This document shows, in pieces, positions 36,401-44,972 of a stretch of DNA of 64,000 bases. The DNA comes from Candidatus Methylacidiphilales bacterium (lineage in GTDB: Bacteria; Verrucomicrobiota; Verrucomicrobiia; Methylacidiphilales; JAAUTS01). Position 1 is the stretch's first letter. Each line of letters begins with the position of its first letter. The stretch covers positions 64,500 to 128,499 of the forward strand of contig JBBSCO010000001.1 of assembly GCA_038250235.1 (NCBI GenBank). The letters are read 5' to 3'. A program made the translations under genes and the position numbers. The notes beneath the pieces were generated by a model. The model was given only the letters and a program-made list of their open reading frames with translations. It was not told the DNA's origin and ran no database searches.

Positions 36401-37111
36401 ATCAGGGTCGGCACGCATTAGGATGAGGGAAGGCCCTGCGACGGCGTTGCCCGTATCCCCCGTCAGAAGCGGGCTTAGCATATAGACTCCCTTGGGCCAC
36501 GAATCGGTTTCGAGGGCAAACACCTCCCGCCTCCAGGGTCCGGATTGCGAGCTTTGGGTTGGATCGGGTTGATAGGTTTTCCCGTCGGATCCCTTCAACT
36601 CTAGCCGGGCTTCCTTCGTTTGTTTATCCGTGGCAAAAACTTCCACAGCGGCGTGAATTTTTCCCCAGACGGCCGCACCACCAGATGGAGTGATGATTTC
36701 AGGGAGGCGGGATTGACCTGCTTTTTTTGGGCTCGGGCGGCCCAGTATGTCGAGTCGGGCACTTTGAATTTGCACGGTAGCAAGGCCGTCTAGTGTGGGT
36801 CGGATGCGAAAAAAACCAATTTTTTCACCAGCTAAAACTTTGGGAGGAACCAACATTTCAATACTGCCCGGCGGTTCAATTTTCCATTCCGGGCTTGTTT
36901 CAGTGTTGTAAGGCTCGGAAATCAGGAAGGTCAGAACTTGGCTTTCGCCAGTGGGCAAGGTGACGGAACTGACCGGAAAATTCAGAGCGGGCTCGGCACT
37001 GGAGATGGGGGCTGAGATGAAAAGGCCTAACGCAAGAAGTCGGCCGGAGTGAAAAAGTGGATTCGGGCTTTTTCTTCTGCCCGGCCATGGTGGAATCTTT
37101 TTCATAGGCAC
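33464..37111 (-). CDS. Large secreted DUF1800-domain protein (1215 aa) with an N-terminal multi-domain extension
   Basis: It has a signal peptide. The C-terminal ~430 aa contain DUF1800 motifs (LLNRFGYGP..., ENHFS, LELHTVGV..GYNQEDV). It is paired with DUF1501 immediately downstream, as is typical in PVC genomes. Confidence 0.8.
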   Translation of the reverse strand: MPMKKIPPWPGRRKSPNPLFHSGRLLALGLFISAPISSAEPALNFPVSSVTLPTGESQVLTFLISEPYNTETSPEWKIEPPGSIEMLVPPKVLAGEKIGFFRIRPTLDGLATVQIQSARLDILGRPSPKKAGQSRLPEIITPSGGAAVWGKIHAAVEVFATDKQTKEARLELKGSDGKTYQPDPTQSSQSGPWRREVFALETDSWPKGVYMLSPLLTGDTGNAVAGPSLILMRADPDPDHQIAGECENHLEVSEQERFKNYLPKAVDEPGASGGKSVQALAGNQPWTLKTEIREGGDYQLFMTVRGDPAGGAFPSVGFYVGEQEKTSGNARLAMRERHRLPVGVPVRLEQGPHVLTVQFRNDFYVEKTGDRNMWLDRFELAKVRTSARNSASGQDSMMMGMGATEPKPMMMAAMDSSEAPTQSEPVRLAFKEPLDGRQINGPVTIEALCRWAQYNPANAPAVDLLVNGRNAGTQYGTDLRFEVGLESFRPGKNHIQLVTKNGPATFNSSVQHLFLNAPAHWKPASSGRSLTYGILDPSWDLGMHQRWEGKNGEARRDAGFYSNGESYLRLPNDLKGRFKVELEGRGQSFEGPPVLEVVLRAEGIETKVGSVQMDGGRVKKSAGNVEFAGGEKQLVVRFVNDYAKDKGDRNAWLRRLLLTEVVPRSNEDVSPNLLVSYPGLNTEVGSCGLVVLDGLGIRKGDRAEVLLGDQVLGSAEAPQDGLGSWLVPWLLRTPPVGPERLWVRVLNGKDTPPVMEVSIPVRFVGQDVLTEYDKALHLLNRFGYGPEPELMAEILVKGAETWLEARLREDIDQPSQSAMQDALAIRFPGEERPNDISARVLAELQQTSNPVRARFVMWAENHFSTWQQKVGALNKWEEHESFNRQGIGRFKDLLATSASSPAMLVYLDQHRSFAKKLNENYAREILELHTVGVKGGYNQEDVTSLARLLTGWTLSEEVSTGGRSHDLVSTFRYEPGLNAKGPHRVMGMLFPEVPPEERYDRACMALEMLSMHPSTSRFICRKLIEHYVVLPAPEELVASLSEVYLSSGGDLTAVLVAMTRRPEFWESIKTPRMTTPLDYAVRMSRMIDRGGIRETGAFLKLSGMGLFDRATPDGYPQSDASYADSNALLQRWRWTSEFRFAPLRQPWERQAPATWSPDQRQWAIDWMSLRLNGLLLGSQSNQALLTWLESKNDARDDMSTQLGMMVARVPESNLR

Positions 37112-37353
37112 TCTAATAAGTTTCGCTCAAAATTATTGATTGGCAAGCGGACAAGTGAGGGAGATCGTTTTCGCCAAAGCGGAAGAATCGGGAGACTTGA
37201 ATCGGAAGGGAGTAAGAGAATAGGGTGATTTTTTTCCCTTACGGTTCCTCATCCCTACGAGTTTGATCCGGGTTAGGGCGACGTTCACGAAGATCTTTTA
37301 GAGGTGTCGGCTCCGGCAGGCCCCTCTGATATTGAGGAATTCTGGCTCAGAAC

Positions 37354-38097
37354 CTATGAGGAGGCCCTGTCTTTGCATTTTGTTAGAAAAGTTTTAATGG
37401 AAACCCGGTGATCCCGTATCCACCAAGGGGCGTAGTAGAGTAGGAAAAAAAGTAATGCCAGCACCTCAAGGCTGATCAGATACCAGGGCCAGGGACCCAG
37501 ATGATCGATCAGGCTGGGGTTTGTCGGTTTGGCCCGCAAATAGCCGAAATTACTATCCAGCAACAGATTTACCACGGCGGCGCAAATCATATAAAACTGG
37601 ATGAAGAGAAAGGCGCGGAGGATGGAAACAGGATAAGGGCGCATCTTCAGTCCAAAGGTCAGGTAAGCGATGGCAACAAGGATGCCGCAATGGCCGATGA
37701 AAAAAGTGAAGAAGTAAAAGTGTGGGAATCCGTAGGCCAGATCTGGCGTGAGCACGCCGTGCAGGGTGCCGGCAAGGCCAAGGAAATAGGTTATTTCAAA
37801 GAGAAACTGTTTCCGGAAAATTAGGGCGGCCGGGGCAATCAGACATAACCAATCGCAAAGATGCATAGGCAAAAGATCCACCCATTCCTGGGGTTCCCGA
37901 ATGATACCGTAAAGCAGCATGGCCAGCATATTTACGATGAGCAGAGCGGCCAACAGCCAGGCCATGTTCCTGATCCTTGTTCCTTCCGGCTTCCGCCGGG
38001 CAATGACAATCATGACGACTGCCGACAGGAACATGGTCAGCAAGACCGCCCAGTGGCTGTGACCGTGGGCGATAAAAATCGGGTCCGGTGTGGTCAT
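37354..38097 (-). CDS. Integral membrane protein, YwaF/TIGR02206-like
   Basis: Seven hydrophobic segments are present, with LLPMHLCDW, FFIGHCGILVAIAYL and LGPWPWYL as in the TIGR02206 family (from memory). Confidence 0.6.
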   Translation of the reverse strand: MTTPDPIFIAHGHSHWAVLLTMFLSAVVMIVIARRKPEGTRIRNMAWLLAALLIVNMLAMLLYGIIREPQEWVDLLPMHLCDWLCLIAPAALIFRKQFLFEITYFLGLAGTLHGVLTPDLAYGFPHFYFFTFFIGHCGILVAIAYLTFGLKMRPYPVSILRAFLFIQFYMICAAVVNLLLDSNFGYLRAKPTNPSLIDHLGPWPWYLISLEVLALLFFLLYYAPWWIRDHRVSIKTFLTKCKDRASS

Positions 38098-38109
38098 GAT
38101 GCCTTAGAG

Positions 38110-39219
38110 TCAGGTAAGGACAAAAGTCCCCAAAGGCCTGGCTTTGCCATTAAGCAGGATCTCGACCTGGTGTTTGCCCGGATAGTGTTTGCGGGTGGTC
38201 AGGTCGGCCAGTGAAATCTTTTTCCCACAAGCCACAGACTGACCTGGCAGCAGGGTATAGGTGTTTAGCTTAAAAACTTTTTTGGAGCTTTTTCCGTTGG
38301 CTTTGACGAAGTGGATGCAGAGATCTGCCAGAACGTTCTGCCTGTTTTTTCCCGGGTTGACGATTTCCACCCCGATCCGCACGGAAGCTCCCCGGACGGC
38401 ATTTTTTGGGCTGATACGGATACTTTGAAGCACGACCCTGGCCGCCTTGCCATAGCCCAGAACATCCAGTGCGCCGGATTCCCCCCGTTTGACGGCGGAA
38501 CGCAGGCCGTGGCGGATCAGCCATTGACGTTCTTGCGGGGCGTTTTTTAGCCAGTAACGGCAGGTTTCTGCGAGGATGTCAGGATGATCCTTGCCGATAT
38601 CGTTAAGATTATTAGCAACAGAGCGGCGAACATAAAGGGCGGGATCGTCTTTTAGCATTTCCAGCAGTTCCAGGACGGGTCCGGGATTTTTTTGGAAAGC
38701 TGGAAGGCGCGGTGCCCAGGGCAATCGAGGCCGTGTTCCTTCGGACACCAGACGGCGAACATGTTCGTCACGGTCGCGGGCCCAGATTTTCAAACGTGCC
38801 AGCGTTTGTTTTTCATGATGGGTGAGAAAAGCGCGGATGCTGAATTCCGCCGTGAAACGTTTGGTCAGTTCGTATTGGGCCTCCATGGAGGCTTCAAAAG
38901 AAGTCAGCCCATAATCAGCCACGAAAAACGTGTGGGGCATGTAGATGAAGGAGGATAGGGGGTTGTCGCCAGTTCTGAGAGGACGTTCTCCTAGTGAGCG
39001 GAGGAGTATGCCCACCGCTTTTTCATAGTTCTGCGGCAGATGTGTTTTGAGGGTGTGGGCGATTTTTCTTCCCCGCTGCATCAGGTTCAGGGTTTCGTAT
39101 CTCTGAAGGGCATCCTTGATAAAACCACCAGAGTCAAAGGCTGGATAGACTTTGAGAACCATGGCTGAGATCTTCCGGGGAATCTCCGGCCCGTAACGGT
39201 TCTTGAGCGACTCGGCCAT
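38110..39219 (-). CDS. DNA alkylation repair enzyme family protein (AlkD-like HEAT repeats, COG4335-like)
   Basis: DEHVRRLVSEGTRPRLPW and DPALYVRRSVANNLNDIGKDHPD are present. The start is taken at ATG 39219, 7 nt after the upstream stop; the ORF track runs to 39267. Confidence 0.7.
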   Translation of the reverse strand: MAESLKNRYGPEIPRKISAMVLKVYPAFDSGGFIKDALQRYETLNLMQRGRKIAHTLKTHLPQNYEKAVGILLRSLGERPLRTGDNPLSSFIYMPHTFFVADYGLTSFEASMEAQYELTKRFTAEFSIRAFLTHHEKQTLARLKIWARDRDEHVRRLVSEGTRPRLPWAPRLPAFQKNPGPVLELLEMLKDDPALYVRRSVANNLNDIGKDHPDILAETCRYWLKNAPQERQWLIRHGLRSAVKRGESGALDVLGYGKAARVVLQSIRISPKNAVRGASVRIGVEIVNPGKNRQNVLADLCIHFVKANGKSSKKVFKLNTYTLLPGQSVACGKKISLADLTTRKHYPGKHQVEILLNGKARPLGTFVLT

Positions 39220-39226
39220 GGATGGA

Positions 39227-40795
39227 TTAACGTTTTCTACCGCCAATAAGACTTCCGAGCACCCCACGTATCAGACTTCTTCCCACGCTGGATCCGATGG
39301 AGGAGCCTACACTACGAATGACTGTTTTGGTCAGAACTTCGGTCATGGTGTCGCGCGGGCGTCCCACCGGACGTTTTTCGGCAGGTTCGGTTCGGGCGGG
39401 TGACCTGGAAGGGCTTGAGCCGCTGCCTCCCAAGGCACCCATTAATTCTCTGTCCTTTTCAGACGAAGGGATTGGTGGAGGGCCATTACCCGGAGCGGGG
39501 GCAGCCTGCTGCCGCGCTTTTTTCAAGAGTTCAAAGGCCGAGTCGCGATCCAATGGAGTGTCGTAGATTCCACGATAGGGAGAACGTTCGAGCTGTTCTC
39601 TGCGCTCATCGTCAGTGATCGGGCCTATCCGTGATTCCGGAGGGGCAATAAAAGTACGTTGTACAACCGTGGGAGTTCCGGTTTCGTCCAGCACGGAGAC
39701 CAGCGCCTCGCCAACACCCAACTGGCTGATGACTTCTTCCACGGAAAAAGCAGGATTGCTGCGAAACGTTTCAGCGGCGGCCCGGACGGCTTTTTGGTCG
39801 CGGGGGGTGAAGGCCCGCAGGGCATGTTGAACACGGTTGCCCAACTGGCCCAGGACTGTTTCAGGAAGGTCGATGGGATTTTGCGTTACGAAGTAGATGC
39901 CGACGCCCTTGGACCGCACCAGCCTGACCACTTGCTCGATTTTTCCCACGAGGGCTTTGGGTGCTTCGTTGAAAAGCAGATGGGCTTCGTCGAAAAAGAA
40001 CACCAGACGCGGGGCTTCAAGGTCTCCCACTTCCTCGAGATCCTCAAAGAGTTCCGAGAGCAGCCAGAGCATGAAGGTGGCGTAAAGACGTGGCTGCTGA
40101 ATCAGTTCTCGTGCATCGAGGACATGGATAAGACCGTTGCCGGAAAAATCTTTTCGCATCAATTGCCGGATTTCCAGAGCGGGTTCGCCAAAAAAGCCTG
40201 AGCCGATCTGTTCTTCCAGTACTACAAGTTTTCGGAGAAGGCTGCCGAAGGTGGACCCGGCGATTTTTCCGTAATCGGCGGCGAATTCATCGGAGTTTTC
40301 GCTCATCCAACTGCACATGGCTTTGAGGTCTTTGAGATCCAGAAGGAGTAGGCCTTTGTCGTCGGCTATTTTGAAAACGAGGTGAAGTGCGTCGGATTGC
40401 GGTTCGCTTAACTCCAGAAGGCGGGCCAGAAGCAAGGGGCCCATTTCCGAAACAGTTGTACGGATGGGATGCCCGGTCTTTCCTTTCAAATCCCAAAGAA
40501 CTGCGGGATAGGCACGTTGTTGGTAGGTTGCCAGGTTGAGTAGTTTGAGCCGTTCATCAATCTTGGGATGGGATTTCCCAGAGCAAGCGACGCCGGAGAG
40601 GTCTCCTTTGACATCGGCGGTGAAAACAGAGCAGCCCATGCGGGCGAAACCTTCAGCCATTGTCTGAAGGGTGACGGTCTTGCCTGTGCCGGTGGCACCT
40701 GCGATCAATCCATGGCGGTTGGCCATACGCGGCTGGAGGAAAACGGGAAGTTTTTCAGCAGTGGCGCCAAGAAGAAGAGGGGAGGGGCTGGGCAT
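39227..40795 (-). CDS. DUF853 / HerA-like P-loop NTPase (YjgR family)
   Basis: It has the Walker A motif HGLIAGATGTGKTVTLQ, the Walker B motif VFFFDEAHLLF, and a Gly/Ser/Arg-rich C-terminal tail. Confidence 0.8.
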   Translation of the reverse strand: MPSPSPLLLGATAEKLPVFLQPRMANRHGLIAGATGTGKTVTLQTMAEGFARMGCSVFTADVKGDLSGVACSGKSHPKIDERLKLLNLATYQQRAYPAVLWDLKGKTGHPIRTTVSEMGPLLLARLLELSEPQSDALHLVFKIADDKGLLLLDLKDLKAMCSWMSENSDEFAADYGKIAGSTFGSLLRKLVVLEEQIGSGFFGEPALEIRQLMRKDFSGNGLIHVLDARELIQQPRLYATFMLWLLSELFEDLEEVGDLEAPRLVFFFDEAHLLFNEAPKALVGKIEQVVRLVRSKGVGIYFVTQNPIDLPETVLGQLGNRVQHALRAFTPRDQKAVRAAAETFRSNPAFSVEEVISQLGVGEALVSVLDETGTPTVVQRTFIAPPESRIGPITDDERREQLERSPYRGIYDTPLDRDSAFELLKKARQQAAPAPGNGPPPIPSSEKDRELMGALGGSGSSPSRSPARTEPAEKRPVGRPRDTMTEVLTKTVIRSVGSSIGSSVGRSLIRGVLGSLIGGRKR

Positions 40796-40838
40796 AGGGC
40801 TAACTTACGTAAGAGGCCCCGCAGATCAAGCAGAGGAT

Positions 40839-42146
40839 CTATTTTTTTGCTGGGTCAGCTTCAAGTGCAGAAATCTTCCGGGCCAGATCTTTTCGGCGGT
40901 ATTCAACGATGAAAGGCTGAAAGTCGGGCTTACCGTTTCTGAGCCGCTCCAGGTCCAAGAGAGTTTCTTTGTAGGTCTTGAGCGCAAGTTCCTTTTCATT
41001 GCTGTCTGCGGCTCTGTCGCCCTGTTTGATTTTGGCGTAAATGGCTGAATAGGCGCTGAGTCCTTCCTGGTCAAGAGCGGCACTGGAAGGGGCCAGAGGT
41101 GCGGTGGCTGCCGGGGGTTCCAAAACGCTCAACAGAGGGGCGGCAGGTTTTTCAATTGGAGTGACTTTAGTTGTGGCAATCTTGGGCTCGGCATCAGGAA
41201 CGGGTGTTGGTTGGATGGTTTTGATGACAATCGGTTCAGCTAGAGGAAGATTAAGGGGTTTTTCCGCGACCAAGGCAGGTTTGGCTTTGGACTCGGGCAT
41301 GGGCTCAGGCATGGGCTCAGGCATGGGCTCAGGCATGGGCTCAGGCATGGGCTCAGGTGAGGTTTCAGGTGAGGGATCAGCGGGGCGGGCTGGAAGGGAC
41401 TCGGCAATGACGGGGACATCCGGTACTTTTTTTTCTTTTTCCGTTTTGGTAATGACGATGGGTTCCGTGACCTTGGGTTGTTTTTTAGGTTTGGCGGCAA
41501 CTTTTTTAGGCGCCGGGGTCGGCTCAGGGGCTGTGTTTTCCAGAGCAGGGGCTGGCTCCGGTGCCGTAACAATCGCCATCGGCTCAGTTGGGCTGGAAAC
41601 TGGCTCTGCCTCTACCTCTACTCTGGGCTCTGGTCTGAGCTCTACTTTGGGTTGCTTTTTATCAGGTTCAGATACCGGGAGGGCGATAGCCATTGCCCGC
41701 GCAGTGCTGGTTTTACTCAACTGCATGAGTTGTTGTGAGGTCAGGGGCTCAAAGCTGTGGTGCAAGGCGGCGGGTTCATAAAAACCGCTTTTTTTGCGCA
41801 GGAAAGCAGGAACGGTCTGTCCCTCGCGTGGGATGGATGGCTGAAGGGTCATCGGGCCCGCCTGGGATTTCCGGGTGTAGTTGATAACAATGCGACTGCC
41901 TTGCTGAAGTCCGCTCGTAGAACGGAAAACCTGGTTTACGTCTGCTTCCAATTCCACTTTGGAGTTGCTGGAAAACATGGAGCCGCCGTCCTTCAATGTT
42001 ACCTTGATGATTTTGATTTCGAGGTATTCAGGGGCGACATCCTGAAAGGGACGATAGCCGTCGTCCCAGGCTTTTTCGGCCCGTGCAGTCAAGACGGTCA
42101 GGAGGCAGAGAAGCAGGCTGGGTAAGGTCCGTTTCATAAGCGGCAA
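40839..42146 (-). CDS. Secreted proline-rich repeat protein (N-terminal globular domain, PE/PEPM linker and C-terminal helical domain)
   Basis: The signal peptide is MKRTLPSLLLCLLTVLTARA. About 200 aa are P/E/A/K-rich, including (PEPM)x5. No family was recognised. Confidence 0.6.
   Translation of the reverse strand: MPLMKRTLPSLLLCLLTVLTARAEKAWDDGYRPFQDVAPEYLEIKIIKVTLKDGGSMFSSNSKVELEADVNQVFRSTSGLQQGSRIVINYTRKSQAGPMTLQPSIPREGQTVPAFLRKKSGFYEPAALHHSFEPLTSQQLMQLSKTSTARAMAIALPVSEPDKKQPKVELRPEPRVEVEAEPVSSPTEPMAIVTAPEPAPALENTAPEPTPAPKKVAAKPKKQPKVTEPIVITKTEKEKKVPDVPVIAESLPARPADPSPETSPEPMPEPMPEPMPEPMPEPMPESKAKPALVAEKPLNLPLAEPIVIKTIQPTPVPDAEPKIATTKVTPIEKPAAPLLSVLEPPAATAPLAPSSAALDQEGLSAYSAIYAKIKQGDRAADSNEKELALKTYKETLLDLERLRNGKPDFQPFIVEYRRKDLARKISALEADPAKK
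41296..41379 (-). repeat. 12-nt tandem repeat (ggcatgggctca x5 perfect plus 2 degenerate) encoding (PEPM)5
   Basis: Read directly. The perfect copies span 41296-41355. Confidence 0.95.
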
Positions 42147-42230
42147 GAATGCAGTGTGCCAATCTCGGGATCAAATGCAAGAGGAGTGAGGTAAAGGATC
42201 ATGAATCAGGTATCAAGGATGATGGTAAGA

Positions 42231-44972
42231 TCAGAGTTGGGAGAGCTGGGCCTCGAGTTTGACCAGTTTTTCGGAAGCTTCCAGAGCCAGTTTTTTCCAT
42301 TCTTCCACCTTTTCCGCCGGGGCATTGGACAGCATCTTCTCGTTGGAAAGTTTCTTTTCTTCCCGCTCCCAGTCGGTTCGGGCTTTGAGTATTTCTTTTT
42401 CCAGGCGGACCCGCTCCTGTTCAAGGTCGATCAGGCCTTCCAAGGGGAGATAAAGATCGCCCAAGGGAGTGATGGACATGGGTGTTTTAGCCAAAGGTTT
42501 CGCGATCAACTCCAGGGATTCCGCATTCATCAGGGAGGCAAGGATTTTGGTTTCGCCTTCCCCTATCGTCAGACTGTTTTTCAATTTGAAGACCACCTTC
42601 TTGTTGAGAGCGATCTGGAATTCTCCCCTCAACTGGCGGGAAGCATCCATGGTGGCATAGATATATCCGGCCAGTGTTAACTTCTTGTCTTCCAGTTTAA
42701 AATTGGAAAGGCAGGGCCACTCTTGGAATTGGATACTTTTTTTGGAAAAACCCAGTTCCAACCAGAGTTCCTCAGTCAAAAAGGGCGTGTAAGGATGCAG
42801 CATGCGCAGCACTTTGGAGATGACATAGTCGAAAGTTGCCAGGGTTCCGGCGCGGGTGGGTGATTCCGGATTCTGGAAGTCGGCCTTGGCGGTTTCCAGG
42901 TAGCGGGCACAGAAGTCGTCCCAGACAAATTCATAAAGTGAGGAAGCCACGGCACTGAACTCGTAGTTCCTGAAGCCCGCATCCACCCGGGTGATGACCT
43001 GGTCCAGTTTGTGCAGAATATCCTGGGAGAATGGACTGAGAGCATGTTTCGCCGGATCGGCCTGGGGATCGATGTCTCCCTGCATGGTGCGGAAACGGCA
43101 GGCATTCCAGAGTTTATTGCAGAAGTTACGCCCCTCCTCGACCTGTTTTTCATCGAAGCGGATGTCCTGTCCCTGAGGGGCGATGCGCATCAGGCCGAAG
43201 CGGATTCCATCGGCGCCGTAACGTGCAATCAGGTCTAGCGGGTCGGGGGAGTTGCCCAAGGATTTGCTCATCTTACGGCCCTGTTTGTCGCGGATCAGCC
43301 CGGTGAAATAAACGTCTTTGAACGCTTTGTTGGCTTCGAGATATTCCTTGGAGCCAGGGTCGGCGGAAGATTCCGCCGGGTTGAATTCCAGACCGGCAAT
43401 GATCATACGGGCCACCCAGAGGAAGATAATGTCCGGTCCGGTTACCAGTACGCTGGTGGGATAAAATTTCTTCCGTGTTGCGTCATCCATCGTCGCATAA
43501 GCCCAGAGCCAGGAGGAGGCCCATGTGTCGAGGGAATCGTTGTCCTGGGTCCAGCCTTCACCGGGGGATTCGATTTGGCATTTGGGTTTCGAGTTTCGGG
43601 TTTCGAGTTTCGGGTCTGGATACCAGACGGGGATCCGGTGTCCCCAGAACACTTGGCGGGAAAGGCACCAGTCCTGGATGTTTTCCAGCCAGTGGTTATA
43701 AACTTTTTCCCAGCGGTCGGGATAAATACGGATGATCTGCCCACGCACGATTGTAAGTGCTTCCTCGATCATGGTGCCTCCGAGCATTTTCCGGTAATCA
43801 AGGAACCATTGTTCCGAAAGACGCGGCTCAATCGGAACCTGTCCGCGTTCGCTGAAACCAACATTGTTCTCGTATGGATCTTCCTTCACCAATTGACCGA
43901 GTTCCTGCAACATCTCAGCCGCTTTTTTACGGGCTTCGAAACGATCCAAGCCGTTCAGTTCGGGGACTTCAGGGCAGTTGATTTTGCCGTCGGGATGCAG
44001 GATGTCGATGATGGGTAGATTGTGGCGTTGGCCGATTTCAAAGTCTGCTTTGTCATGGGCAGGCGTCACTTTCAGAACACCTGTGCCGAATTCAAAGTCC
44101 ACGTGCTCGTCGGCCACGATGGGAATCTGGGCCCTGGGGAAGGGACGCCAGACATGTTTGCCGATCAGACCTTGGTAGCGTTCATCTCTGGGATTGACGG
44201 CCACAGCAGTGTCTCCCATCAGTGTTTCGGGTCGTGTCGTTGCAATTTCCAGGTAGGTTCCCGGCGTTTCCACCACTTCATAACGCATGGTGTAAAGTTT
44301 GCTTTTCTGCGGGGTGGGAATGACTTCCTCGTCGGAAATGGCGGTAAGGGAGGCCGGACACCAGTTCACCATCCGGTTGCCGCGGTAGATATAACCCTTG
44401 TGGTAAAGGTTGACGAAAGCCTCCTGCACAGCCTTGTGATAACCTTCGTCCATGGTGAAACGCTCGCGTTTCCAGTCGCAGGAGCAGCCCAGTTTTTTGA
44501 GTTGCTGGATGATGATGCCTCCGCGGTCCAGGGTCCAGGCCCAGATCAATTTCAGCAGTGCTTCACGGCCGATGTTGTGGCGGTTTAAAGCCATCTTCGG
44601 TTTGTTGTTGGCTTTGTCCCAGACATGGTCGAGGGATTCGAGGACGTCGCGCACCCGCGGGGGAAGTTCTTCGACTTTGCGCAGGGCTTTTTCCACGGCG
44701 GTCTGGGTGGCCAGTCCGGCATGGTCGGTTCCGGGCAGCCAGAGAACTTCTTTTCCATCGAGCCGGGCTTTGCGGCAGAGGATGTCCTGAATCGTGTTGT
44801 TGAGCACATGACCCATGGTCAGAACGCCGGTCACGTTGGGGGGGGGGATGACGATGGAATAAGCAGGTTTGGTGCTTTCAGGGTCGGCATGATACGAGTT
44901 CGACTCCAACCAGCGGGCGTAAAGTTTTTCTTCGACTGGCGCGGGTTCGTAGGCTTTGGCTAATTCAGGCAT
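42231..44972 (-). CDS. valS: Valine--tRNA ligase
   Basis: PPNVTGVLTMGHVLN (HIGH), KMSKSLGNS (KMSKS), an editing domain and a C-terminal coiled coil are present. The start is at ATG 44972 (MPELAKAYEP...); the ORF track runs to 45053. Confidence 0.96.
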   Translation of the reverse strand: MPELAKAYEPAPVEEKLYARWLESNSYHADPESTKPAYSIVIPPPNVTGVLTMGHVLNNTIQDILCRKARLDGKEVLWLPGTDHAGLATQTAVEKALRKVEELPPRVRDVLESLDHVWDKANNKPKMALNRHNIGREALLKLIWAWTLDRGGIIIQQLKKLGCSCDWKRERFTMDEGYHKAVQEAFVNLYHKGYIYRGNRMVNWCPASLTAISDEEVIPTPQKSKLYTMRYEVVETPGTYLEIATTRPETLMGDTAVAVNPRDERYQGLIGKHVWRPFPRAQIPIVADEHVDFEFGTGVLKVTPAHDKADFEIGQRHNLPIIDILHPDGKINCPEVPELNGLDRFEARKKAAEMLQELGQLVKEDPYENNVGFSERGQVPIEPRLSEQWFLDYRKMLGGTMIEEALTIVRGQIIRIYPDRWEKVYNHWLENIQDWCLSRQVFWGHRIPVWYPDPKLETRNSKPKCQIESPGEGWTQDNDSLDTWASSWLWAYATMDDATRKKFYPTSVLVTGPDIIFLWVARMIIAGLEFNPAESSADPGSKEYLEANKAFKDVYFTGLIRDKQGRKMSKSLGNSPDPLDLIARYGADGIRFGLMRIAPQGQDIRFDEKQVEEGRNFCNKLWNACRFRTMQGDIDPQADPAKHALSPFSQDILHKLDQVITRVDAGFRNYEFSAVASSLYEFVWDDFCARYLETAKADFQNPESPTRAGTLATFDYVISKVLRMLHPYTPFLTEELWLELGFSKKSIQFQEWPCLSNFKLEDKKLTLAGYIYATMDASRQLRGEFQIALNKKVVFKLKNSLTIGEGETKILASLMNAESLELIAKPLAKTPMSITPLGDLYLPLEGLIDLEQERVRLEKEILKARTDWEREEKKLSNEKMLSNAPAEKVEEWKKLALEASEKLVKLEAQLSQL
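43584..43616 (-). repeat. 14-nt direct duplication (gggtttcgagtttc x2 plus partial) inside valS
   Basis: Read directly. It encodes ...PKLETRNSKPK... in the variable linker after HRIPVWY. Confidence 0.9.

Noticed and set aside
41296-41379. I considered a CRISPR-like or other non-coding array for the 12-nt, 6-nt (27919-27954) and 14-nt (43584-43616) tandem repeats.
   Set aside because: There are no spacers, the units are far too short, and all lie in-frame inside well-supported ORFs. No cas genes occur in the window.
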